From NCBI GenBank assembly GCA_964556665.1, contig CAZKXU010000001.1, positions 36,078 through 100,077 of the forward strand: DNA of 64,000 bases, read 5' to 3'. The notes beneath the pieces are model-generated. The model did not search any database, was not told the DNA's origin, and saw nothing but the letters and a program-made list of their open reading frames with translations. Origin of the DNA: an uncultured Bdellovibrionales bacterium (GTDB lineage Bacteria > Bdellovibrionota_C > UBA2361 > CAZKXU01). Both the position numbers and the translations under genes were made by a program. Positions 49,524-58,586 of this stretch are shown here, piece by piece (position 1 is the stretch's first letter; each line of letters opens with the position of its first letter).

Positions 49524-51650
49524 ATGGCACGAAACTATAGACGTTCAAATTTTAATGATCTGCGTGAAGAAGAAAGGTCGCGTGCCTTGCGTACTGGAGG
49601 TTTGGCTGCACTAGGTGGTCTGAGTCTAGCAGCAACCCCATTCTTTTCTGGATTAGATCCTAACCTGCTATTCGCCCTAGGTGCATTACCCAGTGTTGCC
49701 ATAGCCAATACTGCAAAGACATTAGCTCGCCAGTATTGGTATGAAAAAGAGAGAAAGGCGGAGTCAGTGAGACGGGATGGGCGGGAAGTATTAGGTATGC
49801 CTCCGCAGCGTAATTGCTTTGAGGATGCTCTTAAAGATGCAAGATCTCGTGGCAAGAAAGTAATTGATAAGTATCTAGTTGGCTTTGAACTTGATAGCGG
49901 AGCACCGCTATGGATTGATGAAGATGAGATCTGTACGCATGGCTGTGTCTTTGCAAAGACAGGAGTAGGTAAGACGCTTTGGCTTGAATCGCTGATTTTT
50001 CAGCAGATGGCACGCGGAAGAGCTAGCGGCTGTACCTTTATTGATGCTAAGCGTGATTCTACAACACTTGCGCATATTATACAGATGGCACTTATCACCG
50101 GTCGAATTGAGGATCTAATAGTTATTGATCCGTTTGACAGCTTGCACTGTTATAATTTTGTTATGACCCATCAAAGGGCAGATGTGAAGGCACGGAAAGT
50201 CCTACGCGCTGGACTCCCTCCAACTTCAGATCAGAGTACTACCAAACATTATGATCGTATGGCAGCCGACTCTATCTATCGTATGGTGCGTGCTATGGAG
50301 AGTTTTGGGCTCTCCTGGTCGATTCGCGATATAGCAGTTTCCTTATCGGCGTTTAATATAGCCTACCCGCACCTGCGTTCGATGCTTCACAAAATTGGAG
50401 CACGCCAAGCAATGGTTGAGCTTGGCCATCTCGCGGCGAGTTATCGTAGTCCCAAAGGAATGCTTGATACGGCAAGAATTACAGATAATTTACGTGGTAT
50501 AGCCTCTGAGCTTCACTCGATCGCAGGTAGTGAGTCCGGCAAAATCTTTTGCACTCGTTATACTGATTTAGTTCTAACTGATGCGATTTTACGCGGAAAG
50601 ATCATCTATTTTATGCTACCGCGCTTAGAAGAGGCAGAAAGTGCGGCACGCATGGTGAAGGTCTTTAGAGAGGATCTAGAAGTCTCAATCGGAGAGATAA
50701 CTTCCTCTCGAATCCATAATTTGGAGGACCCGCATCTTGTAATTATAGATGAGGGATCTTCTACTTTTGGTCCAACCTGGGCAAATCTCTTTGAGCTTGC
50801 ACGAAAAGGGCGGTTCGCACTCCTGTTTGGCGCGCAGTCAACTGGTGGATTAACCGATAGTGCAACAGGATTGAGTGAGGCCTTCTATGAACGTGTGATG
50901 GCGAATGTAAATCTCAAGGTCTTGATGCGAGTCGGAGATAATCGCACGGCGATGGAGATGACAGAGTGGATTGGAAAGGTAACAACGACAAAGAAGACCG
51001 TTGGTGCAGGAGTCTCAGTTGGAAGAATGACGAGTGATATGCGCGGCGCTTTTGACCTTGAGGCTCGTCGTATGGGCAATGAGTCACAGAATGTTAGTTT
51101 TTCTGAAGATGAAGAGGATCTGGTAAGTGCTGAAGAATTAAAGCATGAGATGAGTGCTGAGAAGGGGCTTGCTTGGTTTGATCTTGGAAATGGCAAGATA
51201 GTTAAGGGCAGATCTTTTTGGTTTAATGCAGAGCTCCCAGAGACTTGGGAAGGCAGAGAGTTTATACAGAAGTTGGAGCGGTTTGAGAACGATGAGATCG
51301 GGCTAGCTGACCTAGTAGATGAGAGAATTTTAAGAAGGGAGGAGGAGGAAACCTCCTTTGAGCTAGGTGCCCGGCCGGAGGGTGGAGGTGATTTTTCAGG
51401 AAAGCCGGTAGCGGCTTTAGCAAAGGAGAAAGACAATTCGTCTGCTGCTAAGGAGGAGGCTCCAGAGGAGGCTGGTCCATTTCGTTTGGGTATTATGCCT
51501 GGCCCAAGACGCGGTCGGGGGGTTGTAACGGCAATAAATCAAGTGGAGGAAAAAAAGATAGAGCAAAAAGTAGAGCCGGTTAAGAAGGAGGGAGGAGGGC
51601 TTAAGTTGTCGGAAAATAAAGAGAAATCAGGAGTACTGAAAAGATTATAA
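49524..51650 (+). CDS. Type IV coupling protein, VirD4/TraG/DotL(IcmO) family
   Basis: N-terminal TM helices, Walker A GCVFAKTGVGKT, FIDAKRD, Walker B HLVIIDEGSS, FGAQSTGGL. Acidic, low-complexity C-terminal tail. Confidence 0.8.
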   Translation: MARNYRRSNFNDLREEERSRALRTGGLAALGGLSLAATPFFSGLDPNLLFALGALPSVAIANTAKTLARQYWYEKERKAESVRRDGREVLGMPPQRNCFEDALKDARSRGKKVIDKYLVGFELDSGAPLWIDEDEICTHGCVFAKTGVGKTLWLESLIFQQMARGRASGCTFIDAKRDSTTLAHIIQMALITGRIEDLIVIDPFDSLHCYNFVMTHQRADVKARKVLRAGLPPTSDQSTTKHYDRMAADSIYRMVRAMESFGLSWSIRDIAVSLSAFNIAYPHLRSMLHKIGARQAMVELGHLAASYRSPKGMLDTARITDNLRGIASELHSIAGSESGKIFCTRYTDLVLTDAILRGKIIYFMLPRLEEAESAARMVKVFREDLEVSIGEITSSRIHNLEDPHLVIIDEGSSTFGPTWANLFELARKGRFALLFGAQSTGGLTDSATGLSEAFYERVMANVNLKVLMRVGDNRTAMEMTEWIGKVTTTKKTVGAGVSVGRMTSDMRGAFDLEARRMGNESQNVSFSEDEEDLVSAEELKHEMSAEKGLAWFDLGNGKIVKGRSFWFNAELPETWEGREFIQKLERFENDEIGLADLVDERILRREEEETSFELGARPEGGGDFSGKPVAALAKEKDNSSAAKEEAPEEAGPFRLGIMPGPRRGRGVVTAINQVEEKKIEQKVEPVKKEGGGLKLSENKEKSGVLKRL

Positions 51651-51788
51651 CAAAGCTTTGTATGATAGAACAAATTTAGGTTAGTAAACTTTTTGAATTT
51701 TAGCTAATTTTGTAATAGGATTGGCAGGCAAGGCAAGAACGTAACATATTGAATAGATCTCTTACGCTCCTCTGCTATCCTATCGAAG

Positions 51789-52316
51789 TTGGTTTTTATA
51801 AGAGTAGGTTATATGAGTGAAGGACTAAATTTTACAATCAATAAATCATTTGGACGTTTAAGACTAGTTCCGGATACGGTTGGTCTTAAGATGAGCTACG
51901 TGCCCATAGTCAACGGCGAGGCAGCTTCTGAGGGAGAAGGTGCTCTAGACTTAGAGATTCCACTTGAAGCAGTAGGTGGGCTTTGGGCTACTACCCGTGC
52001 TTTTCTATATGGAGTTGAGTCTCTTGATGAGAATGTGATTTTACGTGGACCAGAAGGGGACATCTTAATAAAACTTTATAGGGATAAGCCGCGTGGACAG
52101 ACCGGCAAACTGACAGGTGAGGAGGTTTGTTGGCTTCGTATCGTAACCGGACGAAGTGAGGAGGAGAGGCGTCGTATTAAGCTTGGGCCACGTGATCTTC
52201 TTTGTATTGAGCTTGCTTGTAATTCTGTCTTAGTTTTATCAAGCAATGCGCAGGCGATGGGATCGAAAAATGTAGCTGCTCATACTGGTGCTGCTCCCAG
52301 GGTCGCAGCCGGCTAA
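51789..52316 (+). CDS. Hypothetical protein (175 aa)
   Basis: ORF convergent with LanM, 4-bp overlap. Confidence 0.4.
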   Translation: MVFIRVGYMSEGLNFTINKSFGRLRLVPDTVGLKMSYVPIVNGEAASEGEGALDLEIPLEAVGGLWATTRAFLYGVESLDENVILRGPEGDILIKLYRDKPRGQTGKLTGEEVCWLRIVTGRSEEERRRIKLGPRDLLCIELACNSVLVLSSNAQAMGSKNVAAHTGAAPRVAAG

Positions 52317-55300
52317 GTGACTGACGTATCTCTAATACTGCCTAATGTTAAAAATGGGATGAACTTATCAGGATCTACAATTCTAAGTAGTTGATAGCCT
52401 ACTCCTGATAATCCTTGAAATAATCCTGGATTGATAATATCCGCAGATGTAAATGGCTTGCATTGCCATATTACCTGTTTTTTGCGTAATTGATAAAGCC
52501 AAGCTAACCTTCTCTTAGCTTTAGCTCGTAAGTCGCTCCCAGCCTGTAGCAGTAATTCCAAACAACCTAAATTGCCACAACATGGGCAATCATTGTCCTC
52601 GGCTTGTAATTCAAGTGTTAACTTGAGTGATCTATTAATATCTGGCTGTAGTGCAGCCTGTAGTTCTGGAAATAATTTACAGATCGCTACTCTTGATATT
52701 CCGATACCACACGCACCATGACACCATTTACATGAGATCTCAGCTCTGTCTCGGGATGAGGTTCTCTCATCTCTTAAATCTGCCCAATGTCCATTTACTG
52801 GATCGATGAGAGAGTTTTCATATTCTATACCTTCAAGTGCAGCTTTACGATATCTCTCATCAGCTGTGAATTTAAATGCACGTAATAGGGCAAGAGAAAT
52901 CCCTGCTGCACCATGAGAAAAGCCAGTAAGCGGATTTTTAACTATAGATTTCCAAGCACGTCCATGATGCTCAGAGGTAACTCTGTTAGCAACTAGATGA
53001 TCTGCTAACATTTGTATTCTAAGTAGCAACTCATTCGTATGTGTATCGTCATAGAGAGCAGAGAGAGCATGTAGTGCACCAGCGCTCCCAGTTAGCACAT
53101 CTAACATATTATCACGCTCAATAAGTGAGTGTGTAATAGCTGTAGTAATCTGTATAGCGCGATCCGTGAGAGTAGGCATTTTTAAGTAGTTGCCCGCTAT
53201 ATGTAGTGCATAAGCCGCAGATGATATTCCAGCGCCAAGTCCGAGTCCTGGCTCAAATAGGCTAATTCTACTAGGAACGCCTGATATCCATTCGGAGCCT
53301 TTAAGTACTTTTAAGGATAGATCATACCATCTCTGATCCTGAGTAGCTTCAAAGAGTGCGCTAAAAAAAAGCAGGATGCCGCTTGAGCCTGCATATAAAC
53401 AGCTAGAAGGCGGTCTATATCCAATGCGTTTGTAATCAACAATATTTGAGGTAGGAACAAGCCAGGTCAATCCACCATCATCGCCATGACAGGCCTCTTG
53501 CAGCACCAACTCTCCGATATGAACCGCTTCATTTATTAACTCACTATCATTACATTCACTTTCACCCCAATCCACGCTCTTGACTATTGTTGATGAAGTA
53601 TACTCTCCTAATGATACTGCGAGTCTTTTTCTCTCCTTTTGAAGCTTTGTGATAGATGCTGCCTGTAGGCGCTCTTTTGCACAATCCAAGGCAGATTTTT
53701 CTAAATAGCCTGCGGCTACTTTATCGATATTGTATTGTAGATCTTTGCTACCAAATTTAGCACTAAAATAAGGAACATCTCCTTCTAGGATGCAGTTTAA
53801 TTCATCATCTAAGAGGGCTAAGCTTTTCGGATCCCCTTTTCCATCAAGAAATGGAATTATTAATCTATCACCTGCAATACTCCAATCTATTCCGCTCATA
53901 AGATGATTAGGCATCGCTAGAATCGCAGATACTTGCTCGTAAAACATAGTTGGCCGCAGAACAAACCGTCCATCAATAGATGCTGCTCGAGTAGGAAGTT
54001 CGCAGAGTAACTTGTTACGTTGAGAGAGAATAACTTTGTAATACTCCTCAAATCCCTGCAATATATCTTTGGCATATAACAGTGAATTGCTTGCCTCTCC
54101 TTCTAGTCGTGGCAACGAGTTATCTACTTTAAAACTCATGTGGTCATATTGATATGTAGGCTTATTGTTATGCGAATAGTCCCATGAAAGAACACGATAA
54201 GGAGTCTGCTGAATTCCAGTGCCTCCTAGCGCAGAAAGATCAAATATCCCAACACCCTCTACTTCCCCTGTAACTCTAGGAACAAAACCGGTAGATTCGA
54301 CTCCCTGACTTAGCTCTAATAATGCCTGTTTAACAGCACTTGGCAAACTTGAAGCTTCAAACAACCTTGAGCTGTGTGGATGCAGGATAGTTTCTGCGTC
54401 AATAATAATAGGCGCAGCTCTATTACAAATCAGATTTTCTACATGACAATCATTGCCGCCCAAAAGAAAGACAAGTGCACATAAGCCTCCAATCTTTTGG
54501 TATGCCTCCTTAATTTCAGCTTCATTTTGACAGGGAGAATTATTTATATATTCAAACCAGGAGTGTGTGTGAGAGTCTCTATATTTTGGTGACTGAAACG
54601 GTAGATTAGGCGATGCTTCAGTAATTGTCTCTAAAATCTGTCTTAGAAGTTCATCAGTCTCTGCACTGCGCGGTTTGTATACTATTTTGTTGCCTGTAGA
54701 TGATTCGATTATACAGCTACTTCTTCCTCGGTTGTGTTTATCGCCTGCTCCTATATGTAGGCTCTTAATCACAAGAGGTAGATCTTGATAGAGAGATAAT
54801 TGCTGTAATAACTCCAAGTCCTTAATTGTTCTGTCAATTAGCTCAATCACAGAGTCTTCAAAATTCAGAAGTACTGATGAGATTACTCTAGCTAGGACAG
54901 GATACTGTTTCCAGAGAGGACGATACTGTTGTGAAGAGAGCCATCCTAAAAACTCTGGATAGCTACTTTTACGAATACCAGCGATAGACCCAAGATGACG
55001 CTGACGGAAGACTGTGTACTCGGAATAGAGGCAAGGAGTGATTAAGCTAATAATCTTTTGTGTTATAACGGCATCTAATTGATTATATACATCTTCAACA
55101 AAAATAACTTTATTCTGTTTATTTATTCTTCTTCGTATATTCTCTATCCTAAAGTCAACTATAGGTTTGAGAGGATTAAGATCAATAACAGATAGTAGAG
55201 TAGGAGTATCTAGCTGCAATGGTTTGAAGAGAGCTTCTTCGATACGCACTGCAATAGTATTAGCAGTTGGTATGGATTCGTTATGTGATACCTCTCTAAC

Positions 55301-55543
55301 TGCTAGCCAAGAATCCAAGAGATCTCGCTCTGGAAGCCAGTTCCAGCGCTCTTCAAGAAGAGTCCCTGTGTTGTCGTTGAAGATCTTTTTCCATGCACCT
55401 ATCCGTGCATTCTTTGCTGCATTAGTTAAAGTGGAGTGTAGTGGTTTGCATCTCGAATTTATTAATTCCGATATGGTAAGAGAGTTGTGGGCCAGTAGCG
55501 AGCAAAACTCAGTAACGCTTATATTCTTATAATCTATCTCCAT
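52313..55543 (-). CDS. lanM: Class II lanthipeptide synthetase LanM (ProcM-like, Cys-Cys-Cys zinc site)
   Basis: Dehydratase-domain motifs GNDCHVENLI and IIIDAETI. LanC-like motifs SHGAAGISLALL, KWCHGACGIG and CPCCGNLG. 1076 aa. Confidence 0.85.
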   Translation of the reverse strand: MEIDYKNISVTEFCSLLAHNSLTISELINSRCKPLHSTLTNAAKNARIGAWKKIFNDNTGTLLEERWNWLPERDLLDSWLAVREVSHNESIPTANTIAVRIEEALFKPLQLDTPTLLSVIDLNPLKPIVDFRIENIRRRINKQNKVIFVEDVYNQLDAVITQKIISLITPCLYSEYTVFRQRHLGSIAGIRKSSYPEFLGWLSSQQYRPLWKQYPVLARVISSVLLNFEDSVIELIDRTIKDLELLQQLSLYQDLPLVIKSLHIGAGDKHNRGRSSCIIESSTGNKIVYKPRSAETDELLRQILETITEASPNLPFQSPKYRDSHTHSWFEYINNSPCQNEAEIKEAYQKIGGLCALVFLLGGNDCHVENLICNRAAPIIIDAETILHPHSSRLFEASSLPSAVKQALLELSQGVESTGFVPRVTGEVEGVGIFDLSALGGTGIQQTPYRVLSWDYSHNNKPTYQYDHMSFKVDNSLPRLEGEASNSLLYAKDILQGFEEYYKVILSQRNKLLCELPTRAASIDGRFVLRPTMFYEQVSAILAMPNHLMSGIDWSIAGDRLIIPFLDGKGDPKSLALLDDELNCILEGDVPYFSAKFGSKDLQYNIDKVAAGYLEKSALDCAKERLQAASITKLQKERKRLAVSLGEYTSSTIVKSVDWGESECNDSELINEAVHIGELVLQEACHGDDGGLTWLVPTSNIVDYKRIGYRPPSSCLYAGSSGILLFFSALFEATQDQRWYDLSLKVLKGSEWISGVPSRISLFEPGLGLGAGISSAAYALHIAGNYLKMPTLTDRAIQITTAITHSLIERDNMLDVLTGSAGALHALSALYDDTHTNELLLRIQMLADHLVANRVTSEHHGRAWKSIVKNPLTGFSHGAAGISLALLRAFKFTADERYRKAALEGIEYENSLIDPVNGHWADLRDERTSSRDRAEISCKWCHGACGIGISRVAICKLFPELQAALQPDINRSLKLTLELQAEDNDCPCCGNLGCLELLLQAGSDLRAKAKRRLAWLYQLRKKQVIWQCKPFTSADIINPGLFQGLSGVGYQLLRIVDPDKFIPFLTLGSIRDTSVT

Positions 55544-55759
55544 TTAGTGCCAACCGTATCACAGTTCAACTCTTGGATTAAGTATTATCGTATATATTGA
55601 AACTATTGATGGCTCCATTTCTGAATTCTTTGATGATGTCATTAATGACGCTAGATGAGTAGTTTCGAGTCATTTACGCGTATTCTCTATTGAAGGAGGT
55701 TTTCGAGCATGATACTGGTTAGACGCCTCAAGGTGCCGAGGTAGTCTTTAATATTTATT

Positions 55760-56395
55760 TTGGAGATACATATGTTAACAACTGAACAAGGTAAGAGTAG
55801 TAATATTGGAATACTTGAAGAGGTAGGTTCTGCAGGGACGAGTGTAGCTGTAGCGCCTACTACAGAGAATATAGATTTTGCGCTCGCACTATGTGGTGAG
55901 CAGCTTGTAAGAAGAGCGATATTAGACCCCGAATACAGAGCAAAGCTCATGCAGGATCCAAATGGAACTCTACAGGCACTCTATCATGATCTTACAGGAA
56001 CTGATCTGCACCTGGCGCACTTAGAGCGACTTACTGTTTACAGTGAAACACCTGGCAAGGAGACATTAGTTATTTATCCTGACTCTATACCAGATCCTAA
56101 TGACAGGACTGATATACCTGCGATTACATACCTAGCCTCGATTGATCCTCGATTCGTAGAGTTATTAGAATCCGACCCAAAGGAGGCTATTCGACTAGCC
56201 GCACGACATGAGTTTGAGCCTGGAGTGCAGTTTGAAGTTTATATGGCAAGAGCCGGTGAGCGAGCCTTAGTAATACCGCTAGCAATGCCTGCTGTCTCGA
56301 ATGATCTAAATCTTCTGAGATTGTCACAGGATACTTCGCACCAAACCTGCACTTCATGCTGTAGTGCTTGTGGAACTTGTACAAATTGTCGATAA
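55760..56395 (+). CDS. lanA: Lanthipeptide precursor with tandem nitrile-hydratase-type leader (NHLP) and Cys/Thr-rich core
   Basis: Two NHLP-like repeats (RRAILDPEYRAKLMQDPNGTL...LVIYPDSIP and IDPRFVELLESDPKEAIRLA...ALVIPLAMP), then the core QTCTSCCSACGTCTNCR. Divergent from LanM. Likely start at Met 55772. Confidence 0.7.
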   Translation: MEIHMLTTEQGKSSNIGILEEVGSAGTSVAVAPTTENIDFALALCGEQLVRRAILDPEYRAKLMQDPNGTLQALYHDLTGTDLHLAHLERLTVYSETPGKETLVIYPDSIPDPNDRTDIPAITYLASIDPRFVELLESDPKEAIRLAARHEFEPGVQFEVYMARAGERALVIPLAMPAVSNDLNLLRLSQDTSHQTCTSCCSACGTCTNCR

Positions 56396-56400
56396 GTTTC

Positions 56401-56432
56401 ATCCTAAATCCGGCAGTTGCCGGATTTAGTTC
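56401..56432 (+). terminator. Hairpin after the lanthipeptide precursor
   Basis: CTAAATCCGGCAGTTGCCGGATTTAG, 12-bp perfect stem, weak U-tract. Confidence 0.45.
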
Positions 56433-56434
56433 AC

Positions 56435-56588
56435 CTAGAAAAAGCAGTTCTAACCCTTTTTTAGGCCGAAAAATGCCCGAAAACAGTTCGACAGCAGGCT
56501 CACCCTTCGGGTGAATTCGCAAACTTGATAAAGCTGTGTGTTTTCGGGCATTTTTCGCCTTTTCTTAGTTCGAACTGCTCCTTCTAGG
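56435..56588. repeat. Palindromic element E (about 150 bp; arms CCTAGAAAAAGCAGTTC...AGGCCGAAAAATGCCCGAAAACA / TGTTTTCGGGCATTTTTCGCCT...GAACTGCTCCTTCTAGG with asymmetric central loop)
   Basis: About 22-bp near-perfect inner stem plus an outer stem. Contains the inner hairpin CACCCTTCGGGTG. Confidence 0.65.
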
Positions 56589-56646
56589 TTCATAGATATG
56601 TTAATCCTTGCTAAAGTAGTAGTACTTAGAAACGTATATACTACGT

Positions 56647-58473
56647 TCAGTTGTGTCTAATTCTTTTAGCTACAGCGAGCGGCATCCTGCCTACTTTAGC
56701 AAGCTCTTCAAGCGGAGCATTCATAATATTCTTTAGACTTCCATAGTGACGTAACAATCTTCTAATCCGCTCAGGCCCAAGCCCAGAAACCTTATCGAGT
56801 TCAGAGGCAAACACTCTCTTAGCGCGGCTGGATCGGTGAAATGTAATTACAAAACGGTGTGCTTCATCCCTAATTCGTTTCATCAGCTGTGTGGCTGGAC
56901 TATCCTCTGCCAGTGTAATCGGATTAGGATCGCCCTCAGTGAATACTCTCTCTGATTTGTATTTAAGATCAAGTTGAGTGCCTTCTTCTAATCGCATCTT
57001 AGCAAGAGCAATAATCTCAATGGACTGCTTAGCCTCCTCGCGCGCTTGCAGAGCAGCGTTTAGCTGTCCAAGTCCGCCATCGATGATTAATAGATCAGGA
57101 AGGTCGTTGTTCAAAGCACCGGAAGCTAGCCGGCGTGAAACAGTTTCATAGATAGAGGCAAAATCATCCGGCTTACCTTGAGCAGTTATCTTGTATTTTC
57201 GGTACTGCTCTTTTAGGGGCTCCCCATCGAAAAAGGCTACGATTGCTGCGACTATGTCTGTGCCTTGTAAGTTTGATATATCGAGGCACTCAATCTTTCT
57301 TGGAATCTGCTTAAGTCGTAATTTGATGGCCAGCTCTTTTATCACCGCATCATATCTATCCCTGGCCTCAAATTTAAATGCAAAAGCCTGCTTAGCATTA
57401 AGCTCGGCTAATTTTAGAAGCCGAAGCTTTGTTCCGCGCTGCGGTACAGTGAACTCAAGCGCAGAATTACGGCGCTCCTCAAGCATTGCTTGAACAAATT
57501 CTAAGTTATTGGGTAGACAGGGCAGGACAATCTCTTTTGGTATCCTTTTTTGTTCATTATAGAACTGTAAGAGTATGGTTTCTATTACATCTTCGTCAGG
57601 CAGAGGGAGATCTGTAAATGAATAACTTTGATGCTCTGCAACTCTTCCCTGACGGACCATCATTATCGATATTGAGACAGTTGCTCCCTCGCGAAACAGA
57701 GCGATAGCATCCCGGCTTTCAGCATGATGTGGGATAAGATCGCGTTCTGCCGCCACATTTTTCAAAACATCGATGCGGTCACGAAGTAGCGCAGCGTCTT
57801 CAAATCTAAGCTCGTTAGAGGCCCGCTCCATGCGGTTTTCTAGCTCTGTTATTAAAGTCTTACTCCTGCCCTCGAGTATCGCTTTCGCCTCCTTGATATA
57901 TTCGAGATACTGCTCTCGGTCGACCGGCAAGCAGCATGGCCCGCAGCACCTTTTAATCTGATACTCAAGGCACGGACGCTGTCGATTATGAAAAATTGTA
58001 TTATTACATGTTCTAAGCGGAACAACTCTATTAATTAGAGAAAGCAGCTCTCTAATCTCGACACCGGATGCGTATGGGCCGTAATAAATAGCACCATCCT
58101 CTGAAACTTTACGTACTAACTCCAATCGAGGCCATAGCGCACTTTCATCTATACGAACGCTTAGATAACTTTTATCATCCTTAAGCCTAATATTATAGCG
58201 CGGTTTAAATTTAGTAATTAAATCCCGTTCAAGGATAAAGGCCTGGCGTTCTGTGGTGGTAATAGTACTTTCGAGGGAAGCAACACGTTTTAATAAGAAC
58301 TCAAGCTGTAGACGACCATCACCTTTATTAAAATATGTTTTGACACGAGCACGTAAATTTTTAGCTTTTCCCACATATATTACCTCACCGTTACTATCTT
58401 TCATGATATAGACACCGGGCGAGGTGGGAAGTCGAGCAGCGGACTGTTTTAATTTAGTAAAGTTGTATGTCAT
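56647..58473 (-). CDS. uvrC: Excinuclease ABC subunit C
   Basis: GIY-YIG N-terminus (PTSPGVYIMKDSNGEVIYVGKAKNLRARV), C-terminal HhH region, 608 aa. Confidence 0.9.
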   Translation of the reverse strand: MTYNFTKLKQSAARLPTSPGVYIMKDSNGEVIYVGKAKNLRARVKTYFNKGDGRLQLEFLLKRVASLESTITTTERQAFILERDLITKFKPRYNIRLKDDKSYLSVRIDESALWPRLELVRKVSEDGAIYYGPYASGVEIRELLSLINRVVPLRTCNNTIFHNRQRPCLEYQIKRCCGPCCLPVDREQYLEYIKEAKAILEGRSKTLITELENRMERASNELRFEDAALLRDRIDVLKNVAAERDLIPHHAESRDAIALFREGATVSISIMMVRQGRVAEHQSYSFTDLPLPDEDVIETILLQFYNEQKRIPKEIVLPCLPNNLEFVQAMLEERRNSALEFTVPQRGTKLRLLKLAELNAKQAFAFKFEARDRYDAVIKELAIKLRLKQIPRKIECLDISNLQGTDIVAAIVAFFDGEPLKEQYRKYKITAQGKPDDFASIYETVSRRLASGALNNDLPDLLIIDGGLGQLNAALQAREEAKQSIEIIALAKMRLEEGTQLDLKYKSERVFTEGDPNPITLAEDSPATQLMKRIRDEAHRFVITFHRSSRAKRVFASELDKVSGLGPERIRRLLRHYGSLKNIMNAPLEELAKVGRMPLAVAKRIRHN

Positions 58474-58500
58474 TTGGTCCGGGTAAAATTAACTCATAAT

Positions 58501-58579
58501 TCACTGGGACCGCGGGCATCCTTGCCCGCTTGCCCGTCAAAACTGATTCGTTTGCGGGCTGGAAGCCCGCGGTCCCAGT
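58501..58579. repeat. Palindromic element family A, copy 5 (most symmetrical)
   Basis: CACTGGGACCGCGGGCATCCTTGCCCGC...GCGGGCTGGAAGCCCGCGGTCCCAGTG. Fills the uvrB-uvrC intergenic space. Confidence 0.8.
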
Positions 58580-58586
58580 GTCCAAC

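Noticed and set aside
1476-58579. Possibility that the recurring CACTGGGACCGCGGGC palindromes form a CRISPR array
   Set aside because: Copies are tens of kb apart with no regular repeat-spacer periodicity and no cas genes. They are dispersed palindromic elements.
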